Shown: positions 20,820 through 31,376 of the stretch, piece after piece
How the letters are laid out: every line of letters starts with the position of its first letter
Position numbering within the stretch: position 1 is the stretch's first letter
Assembly: GCA_938003885.1 (NCBI GenBank)
Contig: CALKWT010000185.1
Coordinates: 4,570-68,569, forward strand
DNA length: 64,000 nucleotides
DNA from: an uncultured Balneolaceae bacterium
GTDB lineage: Bacteria; Bacteroidota; Rhodothermia; Balneolales; Balneolaceae
Direction of reading: 5' to 3'
Position numbers and translations under genes: made by a program
Notes under the pieces: model-generated
Seen by the model: the letters and a program-made list of their open reading frames with translations, nothing else
What the model was told of the DNA's origin: nothing
Databases searched by the model: none

Positions 20820-22055
20820 TCAGACGGGTACATTCAATTCAGAATCGGAGTGCTGAAGTGCGATGGGCTTGATCATTTCAAATGCATCCAGCGTTTTGCG
20901 TATATGCTCATCCGTATGCGATGCCGTTGGAATCAGCCGGATCAGAACCATCCCGCGTGGAACGACGGGATAGGCCACTCCACTGACAAAAATTCCATGC
21001 TTCTCCCGCAACTCTCTCATAATTGTCGTACAGAGTTCTGTACTTCCTTCTGTGAGAACAGGGGTAACAGGGCTTTCAGATGGGAGGACGTTGTAGCCAA
21101 TCTCCTTTAGTCCTTCCCGAAGTTTCATAGAGTTCTCCCACAATTTTTCTCTCCATTGGGGATTCGCCCGTATCATTTTGATTCTTTTCCGAGCTGTTTC
21201 TACAATGGGAAGCGGCAAACTCTTTGCAAAAATCTGGCTTCTGGTATTCGCCTTAAGGAACTCCTTAACGCGCGGCTCTGTCGCCACAAAAGCACCGATC
21301 AGGGCAACGGCCTTGGCAAAAGTTCCGAAATAGATGTCTATCCCATCCTGGCAACCCAACTCCGTACCTGCACCTGAACCATCGTGTCCCAGTGTGCCGA
21401 ATCCGTGAGCGTCATCCACAAGTAGCCGGAAGTTGTACTTCTCTTTCAATGCGACAATTTCACGAAGTTTACCCAAATCCCCCGTCATACCAAAAACACC
21501 CTCGGTAACAACCAGGATAGATGAATTTTCCTTTGCTCTGGAGGTTGCCCGCTGCAGTTGTCTTTCCAGACCTTCTATATCGTTATGCTTAAAGACTGCT
21601 GTTTCACTCATGGCCAGCTGCTTGCCATCCACAATACAGGCGTGGCTCAATTCATCATAGATCAGGAAATCATTCCTGTCAACCAGGGCATGGATCACAC
21701 TCATAATACCCTGATATCCATAATTTAACAGGAGTGCTTCCGGTTTATGGACAAAATCTGCAAGCTCTCTCTCCAGCGCTTCATGTTCGGTTGAGTTGCC
21801 GGTCATTAGCCTTGCACCCATCGGGGCACTCAGTGAATATTTGGAAGTGGCCTCGGTATCAATTTTTCTTACCTCCTCATTGTTGCCAATACCAAGATAA
21901 TCGTTGATACTCCAGACAATAACATCTTTGCCATTGAATTTCATCTCTGGTCCGAGAGGTCCTTCCAGTTTTGGAAATGTGTAGTACCCGTATCCTCCTG
22001 AGGTGAATTCTCCCAGGGGGCTTGCCCTGCCTGCTAGCTTGTCAAAAAGATCCAT
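20820..22055 (-). CDS. PLP-dependent alpha-oxoamine synthase; probable cysteate acyltransferase (SulA/CapB-type, capnine synthesis)
   Basis: AOS motifs HACIVDG, VTEGVFGM, VDDAHG and GTFAK. The features FPKLEG, PMGARLM, LLNYGYQG and SQIFAKSLP match my recollection of the Bacteroidota SulA/CapB subfamily rather than BioF/Kbl/SPT. Confidence 0.75.
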   Translation of the reverse strand: MDLFDKLAGRASPLGEFTSGGYGYYTFPKLEGPLGPEMKFNGKDVIVWSINDYLGIGNNEEVRKIDTEATSKYSLSAPMGARLMTGNSTEHEALERELADFVHKPEALLLNYGYQGIMSVIHALVDRNDFLIYDELSHACIVDGKQLAMSETAVFKHNDIEGLERQLQRATSRAKENSSILVVTEGVFGMTGDLGKLREIVALKEKYNFRLLVDDAHGFGTLGHDGSGAGTELGCQDGIDIYFGTFAKAVALIGAFVATEPRVKEFLKANTRSQIFAKSLPLPIVETARKRIKMIRANPQWREKLWENSMKLREGLKEIGYNVLPSESPVTPVLTEGSTELCTTIMRELREKHGIFVSGVAYPVVPRGMVLIRLIPTASHTDEHIRKTLDAFEMIKPIALQHSDSELNVPV

Positions 22056-22736
22056 AGTTAAAGTTTCTGAGTGTATATAAATGGTTTGTTAAGATGAGTT
22101 TTTGGGTCAGAGTTTTCTGAACAAAACAAGCCCAAATTTAAGGAAAATGAAGTCTATCTCAAAGTAGGCCGGTGAGCTTGTTCGGCAGGCCGTCCTGCCA
22201 CTCATTATGCAGAATTCTATCTGCCTGTTTGTATTTGTCTTTTCCATCAAAAGATGCCTCATATATTACTGGCCAATATAGCAAATATATTCAGAAAACC
22301 TTGGTTCGGGATTTGGTTTGGTATAGAGCTGTCCGCCTGTCTGTGCAATAACAGAGGGTTTTGTCGTGGGCTAAAGCTGGTAGAGTAGAGCTGTTAAGGG
22401 GCCTTTATGAACCTACAGTCTGGCCACATGAAATGCATCTCCCTGTGCAAATAATGGTTAATACTTGATTTATTGAAATAATAGCGTTTTATTTTCTTTA
22501 TACATACTGGATAAATATGCCAGACGTGCGCATTTGGTACTGTTTCTTTTTCCGGAATGCACCGGCAAACGGGCAAATCCTGATCTCAGCTGACCCATAG
22601 ACCCCTGTAAAAGAGAAGCGGGGTAGTAAGAGAAACAGACTTTTCACGCCATTCAGATCGCCGCACAGAGCAACCGCATCGGTTGGCCGCCTGAATGGAT
22701 GATGCGTAAAAACTGTCAATTTAAATATGCCATATT

Positions 22737-22931
22737 ATGTCTGAAATAGAGAAGTTCGAAAAGATGATTGAAGAACCCACCAAGCACCAGTTGAAAGCGA
22801 TACATCATGCTCGGGAGTGTGCGTGTATCGACGCGATGAAGTCTTCGACTACCAAAAATCCTCACAATAAAGGCTCGGATCTGGCGGGTCTCTGGAACTA
22901 TGTATATGAAGAGTATTACCAGTTTCAATAA
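22737..22931 (+). CDS. Small hypothetical protein (64 aa)
   Basis: Protein-like ORF with an AT-rich leader in an otherwise empty intergenic region. Confidence 0.55.
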   Translation: MSEIEKFEKMIEEPTKHQLKAIHHARECACIDAMKSSTTKNPHNKGSDLAGLWNYVYEEYYQFQ

Positions 22932-23299
22932 GATTCCGGTTACCATTTAATCAATATCCCGCCTCTGCTACCCTAAAGGAACTCCATGTAACCATTGGTA
23001 AGCGTAAGGAGTCCGGCCCGGAAAGCAAATTACCTGTTGCGTTTATCGCAGGCACCTTTACAAAATTTATCTTGGAATATAGATCGCATCCCTTATTTTA
23101 ACCGGAAGAGAGATCGGCCGGAACTACTGACTCCGTTGAGATTACCGGATCCCGATCCTGATTTATTCCGGCAGTCTCGGAAACTATCAGCTGCCCCCCT
23201 ACATGATAAAATTAAAAAAGCGATGAACTCAGGCCATCCGGTTACTCCATGTCCTGGATTTATAAAGCATCTTTTTACCGTTAACCAGAATAGAAGCAT

Positions 23300-26266
23300 T
23301 TGATGAAAAAATACAGGGTCTCATTGTTGAATAAGTGGATGTTGGTTATGGCATTCTGCCTGATGCCGGCAATTTACCTCTCGCCGGATACCGTACTTGC
23401 GCAAACAGCCCCCACAGAAGGGATGAAGGAAAATACAGCAAGGGTGCACGCATTTATAGAGGCGGAGATCATCCTGTCGCCGGGAAACAGAATAAGCAAT
23501 GGAACCCTTGTGATCCGGGATGGGGTCATTGAAGCCGCAGGTGAAAATGTATCTGTTCCCGCCGATGCCAGAATCTGGAACATACAGGGAAAAACAATCT
23601 ACCCTGGTTTTATAGATGCTTATACCACTGCCGGAATGGGCAAGTCAGACCGGGAAGTGAATCAGGGAAACATCTCCTGGAATCCTAATATACGGGCGCA
23701 GCTCTCGGCAGCGGCTGAATATCTGGAGGATGAGGAGGAGGTTGCGGAGTTACGCGGCCAGGGCTTTACAGCGGTTTTGACAGCACCACCGTTAGGGATA
23801 TTCCGGGGCTCTGCTGCACTTGTCAGTCTGAACGACAGAGAGGTTGCTGGTAAGGTTGTTAAAGAGAATATCGTCCAGACCTCCGGCTTCCGCCGGTCGC
23901 CAGGGTTGGGCTTTTCCTACCCGACCTCTGCTCTCGGTGTATATGCACTCATGCGCCAGACACTTTACGATGCAGAATGGCACAGAGAGGCCCACCAGGC
24001 CTATCAGGAGAATCCCTCTCTGGAGCGTCCCGAACTCAACTCGGCACTATTGGCTTTGAATGAAGTGATTACAGGAGAACAGCCGCTCCTGATTGAAACA
24101 TCAGGTGCAGAAGAGATCCTGAGAGCATACAGCCTTTCGGAGGAGTTTGATATCCCTCTCTGGATCGTCGGTAATGGTCATGAATACCAAATTCTGGATG
24201 TACTTCGGGAAAAGCAGTTTCCCATGATTATTCCTGTTGCACTCCCTGAAAAGCCTGATCTGGACACCCCTGAGAAATCTATGAACGTGTCTCTCGCTGA
24301 TCTGCGTCATTACTACCTCGCTCCTGAAAATCCCGGACGACTTGAGAAGGAAGGGATCCGCTTTTCCCTGACATCCCGGGGTTTGGATAATAAATCGAAC
24401 TTTTTAAAAAGGTTGCGTGGGGCAGTGGATGCCGGTCTCTCTTCAGACATGGCCCTGCGGGCACTCACCACTCATCCCGCAGAGCTGCTTGGTGTCTCCG
24501 ACAGTCATGGCACGCTTGAACCGGGTAAAACGGCCAACCTGATTGTTGCGGATGGTGATCTTTTTGAGAGCAATGCGAAGATACTGGACGTCTGGGTAGA
24601 TGGCAGCCGGTTTGCCGTTAATAAGGAAAGGCGAACGGACTTTGCCGGTACATGGACGGTCTCTGTATCGGACGGATCTGCATCAGGGCGGCTCGAACTG
24701 GAAGAGAAAAGTTCCGGCGGAGCAGCTGGAAGTGTAACGCTGAACGGGATCCGGACGGAGCTCCGGTCCGTTACGCTTCAGGATGGTGCCTCCCGGATTC
24801 GAGCCGATTTCCGGGGTGACCGTTATGACTTGGAAGGCCTCATCAGGGTGACAGCATCTATCTCCGGCGATGAGATAACAGGCTGGGCTGAGGTTCCTGG
24901 CCAGGGGAGGTTGCAATGGACCGGCCGCCGGTCGTCGGCAGCAGAACGTGTGGAAGATAGTGCCCGGACGGGTGTCAATAGAAATCTGACACTTTCAAAT
25001 ATCAGGCCGTCGATGGAGTATGGCCGTGAATCGATGCCTGAAAAGCCGGAGACAATCCTTATCCGGAACGCCACACTCTGGACAATGGGCGAAGATGGGA
25101 TTCTGGAGAATGGCGATCTACTGATCCGCAATGGAAAGGTGGCCGCGACAGGTACCGGCCTGAATGCACCCGGCGATGCGTTGGTTATCAATGCAGAAGG
25201 AAAGCATGTAACTCCCGGACTGATCGATGCGCACCTGCATTCAGGTGTGGCAGGCGTAAATGAGATTGGAAATGCGATTACAGCCGAAGTACGTATCGGG
25301 GATGTCCTCACTCTCAATAATATCTGGATGTATCGCCAGCTGGCAGGAGGATTGACGACAGCTCATGTGATGCACGGCTCGGCAAATCCGATCGGAGGGC
25401 AGAATCAGCATATTAAAATGAAATGGGGGGCTCTGCCGGAGGATCTGAAAATAGAGGATGCCCCGGTAACCGTAAAGTTTGCACTGGGTGAAAATCCGAA
25501 AAGGGTAGGAACAGACCGTTATCCGGAAACACGCATGGGAGTCGAGCAGATCATAGCAGACAGGTTCAGTATGGCGCGAGACTATGAAACCCGGTGGAAC
25601 GAGTGGGAGCGAAACAGGCAGGGAATTCCTCCCCGCAGAGATCTTCGGATGGATGCGCTGCGCGATATTTTGAATGGGGATATCATTGTACAGTCGCATA
25701 GCTACAGGCAGGATGAAATCCTGATGCTCATGCGCCTCGCCGAGGAGTATGGATTTCGGATCGGAGCTTTCCATCACGGTGTAGAAGCGTACAAAGTGGC
25801 CAATGAATTGGCTGAACATGGTGCGGGTGCTGTAGTATGGTCAGACTGGTCTTCGTTCAAAATCGAAGCACAGGATGGAATTCTTTACAATGCACGGCTT
25901 CTTTCAGAGGCAGGCGTTTTGACCTCACTGCACTCTGATGACAGTCAGATCGCAACCCGGATGAATTGGGAAGCTGCCAAAATGGTCCGTGCAGGAATGG
26001 ACCCTGAAGATGCGCTTGCACTGGTGACCATTAATACAGCCAAAATTTTGGGTATTGATCACCGGACAGGGTCACTTGAGGAGGGCAAGGATGGTGACTT
26101 TGTCATCTGGAGAGGAAACCCTCTCTCCATTACAACCAAAGTAGAGCAGACCTGGATTGAGGGGCAGAAATTTTTTGATCTCCGGGAAGACCGGACACTT
26201 CAGCAAAGAATTCAAAAAGAACGTTCTGAACTGATCAACTGGATTCTGGAGGAAGGTTATGAGTAA
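23300..26266 (+). CDS. Secreted amidohydrolase with two amidohydrolase domains
   Basis: Signal peptide. Domain 1 has YPGFIDAYTT and GTLEPGKTANL; domain 2 has TPGLIDAHLH, KFALGENPK, SHSY, HHGVE, LHSDD and GSLEEGKDGD. Confidence 0.9.
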   Translation: MMKKYRVSLLNKWMLVMAFCLMPAIYLSPDTVLAQTAPTEGMKENTARVHAFIEAEIILSPGNRISNGTLVIRDGVIEAAGENVSVPADARIWNIQGKTIYPGFIDAYTTAGMGKSDREVNQGNISWNPNIRAQLSAAAEYLEDEEEVAELRGQGFTAVLTAPPLGIFRGSAALVSLNDREVAGKVVKENIVQTSGFRRSPGLGFSYPTSALGVYALMRQTLYDAEWHREAHQAYQENPSLERPELNSALLALNEVITGEQPLLIETSGAEEILRAYSLSEEFDIPLWIVGNGHEYQILDVLREKQFPMIIPVALPEKPDLDTPEKSMNVSLADLRHYYLAPENPGRLEKEGIRFSLTSRGLDNKSNFLKRLRGAVDAGLSSDMALRALTTHPAELLGVSDSHGTLEPGKTANLIVADGDLFESNAKILDVWVDGSRFAVNKERRTDFAGTWTVSVSDGSASGRLELEEKSSGGAAGSVTLNGIRTELRSVTLQDGASRIRADFRGDRYDLEGLIRVTASISGDEITGWAEVPGQGRLQWTGRRSSAAERVEDSARTGVNRNLTLSNIRPSMEYGRESMPEKPETILIRNATLWTMGEDGILENGDLLIRNGKVAATGTGLNAPGDALVINAEGKHVTPGLIDAHLHSGVAGVNEIGNAITAEVRIGDVLTLNNIWMYRQLAGGLTTAHVMHGSANPIGGQNQHIKMKWGALPEDLKIEDAPVTVKFALGENPKRVGTDRYPETRMGVEQIIADRFSMARDYETRWNEWERNRQGIPPRRDLRMDALRDILNGDIIVQSHSYRQDEILMLMRLAEEYGFRIGAFHHGVEAYKVANELAEHGAGAVVWSDWSSFKIEAQDGILYNARLLSEAGVLTSLHSDDSQIATRMNWEAAKMVRAGMDPEDALALVTINTAKILGIDHRTGSLEEGKDGDFVIWRGNPLSITTKVEQTWIEGQKFFDLREDRTLQQRIQKERSELINWILEEGYE

Positions 26267-26327
26267 GCTGAAAACGTCACTTCTTCCTATTTCTTTTCAT
26301 TCTTCAAACTCTGTAAACCTACATTTT

Positions 26328-27608
26328 ATGAGAAAGTTAATAATGATGTGCATCCTGCTGTTTACAGCCCGTGCGGGTTATGCACAAGCTCCGGTACCCG
26401 CTCCTCTGCAGCAGCAGCCGATTGCCCTGACTGGCGCCACGATACACACGATGGCGGGGGAAGTGATCGAGAACGGAACCCTTCTCTTTCAAGAGGGTGT
26501 GATTACCGCATTAGGTACTTCCGTTTCTCTTCCTGATAACGCAGTGGTTGAAGATCTCTCCGGAAAACATATTTACCCCGGGCTGATCGACTCCTACAGT
26601 CAGATGGGGCTATTTGAGATCGGTTCGATAGAGATGACCCTGGACATTAACGAGCAGGGTGATGTGAATCCGAATGTGCGGGCAGAACGTGCTTTCCATC
26701 CTGAAAGCAGGCATATTGCCATTGCCCGCTCAGCTGGAATCCTGACGGCGATCTCCTCTCCGGGAGGGGGGCTGATCTCCGGACAGACCGCAGCGATGAG
26801 AATGGAGGGCTGGACATGGGAAGAGATGACCCTCCGTCCCGGAGTGGCCCTTCTCATTAATTGGCCCAATGCTAATAGCGATTCCTACGAAGAGAACCTG
26901 GAGACCCTGCAGAATGTGTTTGATGATGCACGCGCATATAGCCGGGCCCGAAAGGCGAATGAAGAGGGAGGCTCCTGGCTGGCGATGGATACACGTTGGG
27001 AATCGATGATTCCGCTCTTTACAAAAGAACGGCCCTTGCTTGTAAATGCCAATCAGGTGCAGCAGATCCAGGATGCAATTACCTGGGCGGAATCAGAAGA
27101 TCTGGAGATCATTATTCTTGGCGGAAGAGAGTCGTACATGGTCAGTGAACAGATCAGACGCCGGGATATTCCTGTGGTTATCACTACCGTGATAGGTTCG
27201 CCAGGCCGGAGCTGGGAAAGTTATGATCATCAGTACAGTCTGCCCGCACGACTTCATAGAGCCGGTGTCCGGTTCGCTATTTCAGGAAGTGCCAGCGCAC
27301 CGTATGCGCACCGCTTGCCCTGGGAAGCTGGAGCAGCATCAGCTTTCGGGTTACCCATGGAGGAGGCGATCAGGGCGCTGACGGTCTATCCGGCGGAAAT
27401 CTTCGACCTTTCAGACAAGCTGGGCACACTTGAGCCCGGAAAGAATGCCACTTTGCTCATTACGACGGGTAATCCGCTTGAGTATGAAACCCGGATTGAG
27501 CAGGTATTTATCGATGGGCGCAAGAGCAATATGATGGACATGCACCGTCAACTTTATCAGAAATACAGGGAGAAGGTGGAGGCTGCCGGAGCAGCTGCAC
27601 AGGATTAA
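26328..27608 (+). CDS. Secreted amidohydrolase-family protein (partner subunit)
   Basis: Signal peptide from ATG 26328, YPGLIDSYSQ and GTLEPGKNATL. Confidence 0.88.
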   Translation: MRKLIMMCILLFTARAGYAQAPVPAPLQQQPIALTGATIHTMAGEVIENGTLLFQEGVITALGTSVSLPDNAVVEDLSGKHIYPGLIDSYSQMGLFEIGSIEMTLDINEQGDVNPNVRAERAFHPESRHIAIARSAGILTAISSPGGGLISGQTAAMRMEGWTWEEMTLRPGVALLINWPNANSDSYEENLETLQNVFDDARAYSRARKANEEGGSWLAMDTRWESMIPLFTKERPLLVNANQVQQIQDAITWAESEDLEIIILGGRESYMVSEQIRRRDIPVVITTVIGSPGRSWESYDHQYSLPARLHRAGVRFAISGSASAPYAHRLPWEAGAASAFGLPMEEAIRALTVYPAEIFDLSDKLGTLEPGKNATLLITTGNPLEYETRIEQVFIDGRKSNMMDMHRQLYQKYREKVEAAGAAAQD

Positions 27609-27614
27609 GGTCCG

Positions 27615-27646
27615 GATCAACCGGCCTGATTTGGGTTGATCTTTTT
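27615..27646 (+). terminator. Probable intrinsic terminator of the amidohydrolase operon
   Basis: GATCAACC...GGTTGATC followed by TTTTT. Confidence 0.6.
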
Positions 27647-27741
27647 AACGCTGCTGGTTTTTATTCATCCGCAAAATTTGTTTATTGCGGTACACACGCG
27701 CAGGTAGGCGGGAAAATCCCCCAAAAAAATGAAGGAGTGTT

Positions 27742-28200
27742 ATGCCAGAGATTGGAATAGCTGCAGATCATGGCGGGTTTCTATTGAAAGAAGAGCTGAA
27801 AGAGTCCGTCCAAAAACTGGGGTATGAACTAACGGATTTTGGTGCGTTTGAGCTGGATCAGGAGGATGACTATCCTGAGAGGATTCTGCCTCTTGCACGT
27901 GCGCTGTCGGAAGGAAAAGTAAAAAAGGGGATTGCCGTTTGCGGAAGCGGAGTGGGAGCAGCCATTGTAGCCAATAAACTCCCGGGCGTGCGGGCGGCTC
28001 TCATCACAGAGTCTTATTCAGCTCATCAGGGTGTTGAGCATGATGATATGAATATGCTCTGTATCGGAGGGCGGGTGATCGGATCTGCCCTTGCTTTGGA
28101 AATCGTACAGGCTTACCTGAAAGCGCGGTATATAGGTTCGGGGCGGTATCAGAGGAGACTGGATCAGCTGATTCAAATAGAAAAACGTTACTTAAAATAG
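27742..28200 (+). CDS. rpiB: Ribose-5-phosphate isomerase B
   Basis: IAADHGG, DDYP, CGSGVGAAIVANK and HDDMNML. Confidence 0.95.
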   Translation: MPEIGIAADHGGFLLKEELKESVQKLGYELTDFGAFELDQEDDYPERILPLARALSEGKVKKGIAVCGSGVGAAIVANKLPGVRAALITESYSAHQGVEHDDMNMLCIGGRVIGSALALEIVQAYLKARYIGSGRYQRRLDQLIQIEKRYLK

Positions 28201-28203
28201 ATC

Positions 28204-29625
28204 ATGAGAGAACAAGCTTCTGATTTCGGAATTGTAGGTCTTGGAGTCATGGGGAAAAACCTACTTCTCAATATTTCGGATCAGGGTTTGAATGTTGCGG
28301 GGCTGGACCGGAACCGGGAGAAGACGGAGGCTTTTCAGGAAGAGACCTCTAATGGGGCTTTATTTGCCACTACATCGGAAAAGGAGTTTATAAATGCTTT
28401 GAAAAAGCCCCGGAAGATAATGATGCTGGTGCCAGCCGGTGACCCTGTGGATTCGGTTATTTCACAGCTGCTTCCCTATCTGGAGGAGGGGGATCTGCTG
28501 ATGGATGGGGGGAATTCCCATTTTCAGGAGACGGAGCGCCGCATGGACAGACTCTCCGGGCGGGGAATTCACTATCTGGGAGTAGGCATATCTGGCGGCG
28601 AAGCGGGTGCCCGGACAGGCCCCAGTATGATGCCGGGAGGGGATCGGAAAGCATACGACCTGGTTCGGCCTATTCTGGAAGCCGCAGCGGCAAAGGTGAA
28701 TGGCGAACCGTGTGTGGCGTGGATGGGAAACCGAAGTGCAGGCAACTATGTAAAAACCGTCCATAATGGAATTGAATATGCACTGATGGAGCTGATAGCT
28801 GAGGCGTACCATTTTATGAAATCGGTTCTCTGCCTTTCTGATGAGAAGATCGGGAAGGTTTTTCACCGATGGAACAGCGGCGTCCTGGAATCATTTCTGA
28901 TGGAAATTACAGCTGATATCTTTGCACGTAAGGATGAATTTGGGGATGGCCTCCTGCTGAACAAAATCATGGACAGTGCCCGGCAGAAAGGGACAGGGAA
29001 GTGGACGTCTCAAAATGCAATGGATATAGAGGTTGCTGTTCCAGCCATAGATATGGCAGTGATGGTGCGAAACATCTCTTCCTACAAAAAGGAGAGATCC
29101 CTGGCAGCAGCCCTCTATCCTGATTCTTCCCGTTGGTTGGAGTCCGAAGAGGAGGCGTGGGTTGAGAAGTTAAAACACAGTATTCAATTTGGATTTATTA
29201 CGGTCTTTTCACAGGGATTTACGTTGTTGTCACAAGGTTCTGAGGCATACAATTATGAAGTGAATCTGGCAGAAGTTGCAAAAATTTGGAGGGGAGGTTG
29301 CATCATACGGGCAGGAATGCTCAACGATTTTATGGAGATCTTTTCGGAGAATCCGGGCCTGGGCAGCCTGCTTCTTGATAAGAGAATTGCCCGTTATATG
29401 CCAGAGCTGAGCCGGGATCCAAGAGCTTGTGTGATTGAAGCGATAAAAGCGGAAATTCCTCTGGCGGCACTTTCCGCTTCTATCTCCTATTTTGATCTCT
29501 GTAAAAGCAGCTGGCTTCCGGTTAATCTGATTCAGGCACAGCGGGATTACTTCGGGTCTCACGGCTATGAGCGTACAGACCGCCCGGGTACTTTTCACAC
29601 TGGCTGGAAGAGTGATGTTACCTGA
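28204..29625 (+). CDS. gndA: NADP-dependent 6-phosphogluconate dehydrogenase
   Basis: GLGVMG, MLVPAG, DGGNS, KTVHNGIEY, QKGTGKWT and QAQRDYFGSH. Confidence 0.97.
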   Translation: MREQASDFGIVGLGVMGKNLLLNISDQGLNVAGLDRNREKTEAFQEETSNGALFATTSEKEFINALKKPRKIMMLVPAGDPVDSVISQLLPYLEEGDLLMDGGNSHFQETERRMDRLSGRGIHYLGVGISGGEAGARTGPSMMPGGDRKAYDLVRPILEAAAAKVNGEPCVAWMGNRSAGNYVKTVHNGIEYALMELIAEAYHFMKSVLCLSDEKIGKVFHRWNSGVLESFLMEITADIFARKDEFGDGLLLNKIMDSARQKGTGKWTSQNAMDIEVAVPAIDMAVMVRNISSYKKERSLAAALYPDSSRWLESEEEAWVEKLKHSIQFGFITVFSQGFTLLSQGSEAYNYEVNLAEVAKIWRGGCIIRAGMLNDFMEIFSENPGLGSLLLDKRIARYMPELSRDPRACVIEAIKAEIPLAALSASISYFDLCKSSWLPVNLIQAQRDYFGSHGYERTDRPGTFHTGWKSDVT

Positions 29626-29674
29626 TCCTTCACAATCACTCCTGTCTACAATAGAAATCACCTAACCTGTTGCA

Positions 29675-31171
29675 ATGATGTTTCAGACCGTGAGAAAATC
29701 TGATCCGGTCATTCTGATTATCTTCGGAGCCGCAGGCGATCTGAGCAGGAGAAAGCTGGTACCCGCCCTCTATAATTTACTGCTCGATGATTGGCTGCCG
29801 GATCAATTTGCACTTGTTGGAGTGAGTCATCACGACCATGATGATGAAGAGCTGAGAACCCTTTATAAAGAGGCCGTCGATACGTACTCCCGTAGAACAA
29901 CTCAAGAAAACGGCAAGTGGGAGAGGCTGGCCGAGACGATCACATACTATCAGGCGGACTTTACCGATAAAGAGGCCTATCACGGCTTGGCAGATAGGCT
30001 GGATGAGATAGAGAAGCAGTGGGGTGCAGAGGCCAACCGGATATTCTATCTCTCGGTAGCTCCGGGGTTTATTGAGCCGATTGCTTTGAATATGAACGTG
30101 GCTGGCCTGGGCGGGAATCCCGAAAAAAGCAGACTCGTGATTGAAAAGCCGTTTGGCAGGGACTTTGAAAGTGCACGAGCTCTTAATAATCACCTGACGA
30201 CTCACTTTGAAGAGAGTCAGATTTTTCGGATCGACCACTACCTGGGCAAAGAGACGGTGCAAAATATTCTGGCCTTCCGGTTTGCGAATGCTATCTTTGA
30301 ACCCCTCTGGAATCGAAATTACATCGACAATGTCCAGATAACGGTCGCCGAAACAGTAGATGTAGAGCACAGAGGCCGGTACTACGATCAGTCGGGCGCG
30401 CTCAGAGATATGGTTCAAAATCATCTGATGCAGCTTCTATGCATGATCGCTATGGAGCCTCCGGTAACCTATCGCGCAGATGAGATTCAAAATCGGAAGA
30501 TCGATGTTCTGAATGCCGTCCGTCCATATGATCGGCCTGAAAAAGTTCAGAGAAATACCGTGCGCGGCCAATATGGAGAGGGAACTATAGATGGGGAGAA
30601 AATAAATGCGTATCGGGATACCATAAATGTACGACCCGATTCCGGAACGGAAACCTATGCTGCCTTGAAGTTCTATCTGGACAATTGGCGGTGGCGTGAT
30701 GTGCCATTTTACCTGCGTACAGGAAAATCACTTGCAGATAAAAATTCATCCATTACCATTCAGTTCAAGCCGGTTTCCCACCAGCTTTTCCCTTGTGATA
30801 TGACCACAACCATTCCCAATATTCTGGTGATCAATATCCAGCCGCGGATGGGCATCGGCCTGGGAATCAAAGCGAAGCAGCCGGGACTTAAGATGATACT
30901 GAAAAATGTGAATATGAACTTTGATTATGAAAGTTCCTTCACCGGTGAGTCGCCCGAAGCTTATGAAACCCTTTTGCTGGATATTATGCAGGGAGATTCC
31001 ACACTCTTTATGAGGTCCGATCAGGTAGAAGCTGCCTGGAAAATTATCGATCCCGTACTGGAATACTGGGAAAACAGTCCGGCTATTGATTTCCCCAACT
31101 ATGAAGCCGGTTCAAACGGACCGCAACAGGCAGATGCATTGCTGGCCAGGGATGGCAGGATGTGGTTGTAA
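29675..31171 (+). CDS. zwf: Glucose-6-phosphate 1-dehydrogenase
   Basis: [28 protein letters not shown] and PFYLRTGK. Confidence 0.98.
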   Translation: MMFQTVRKSDPVILIIFGAAGDLSRRKLVPALYNLLLDDWLPDQFALVGVSHHDHDDEELRTLYKEAVDTYSRRTTQENGKWERLAETITYYQADFTDKEAYHGLADRLDEIEKQWGAEANRIFYLSVAPGFIEPIALNMNVAGLGGNPEKSRLVIEKPFGRDFESARALNNHLTTHFEESQIFRIDHYLGKETVQNILAFRFANAIFEPLWNRNYIDNVQITVAETVDVEHRGRYYDQSGALRDMVQNHLMQLLCMIAMEPPVTYRADEIQNRKIDVLNAVRPYDRPEKVQRNTVRGQYGEGTIDGEKINAYRDTINVRPDSGTETYAALKFYLDNWRWRDVPFYLRTGKSLADKNSSITIQFKPVSHQLFPCDMTTTIPNILVINIQPRMGIGLGIKAKQPGLKMILKNVNMNFDYESSFTGESPEAYETLLLDIMQGDSTLFMRSDQVEAAWKIIDPVLEYWENSPAIDFPNYEAGSNGPQQADALLARDGRMWL

Positions 31172-31376
31172 ACCTGGCAGGTAGGAAAGTCCGTCTCTGT
31201 TGCATGATATGGAGCGAGAAGGAACCGGCACGTTTGCGTGTAAATCACTATTTTTTGAGCAGGAAGGCTCATGATCTCTGCCACAGGCAGGTGCTTCCGA
31301 AAAGGTACTAAACGAGATCGAAGAGTCGATTGGTTCAATGTTTCTAATGATTAAATGAGAAAAGAAAGGAAGGGTT

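Noticed and set aside
31182-31200. AGGAAAGTCC, resembling the RNase P RNA 5' motif
   Set aside because: No downstream conserved RNase P elements, and only about 200 nt of spacer.
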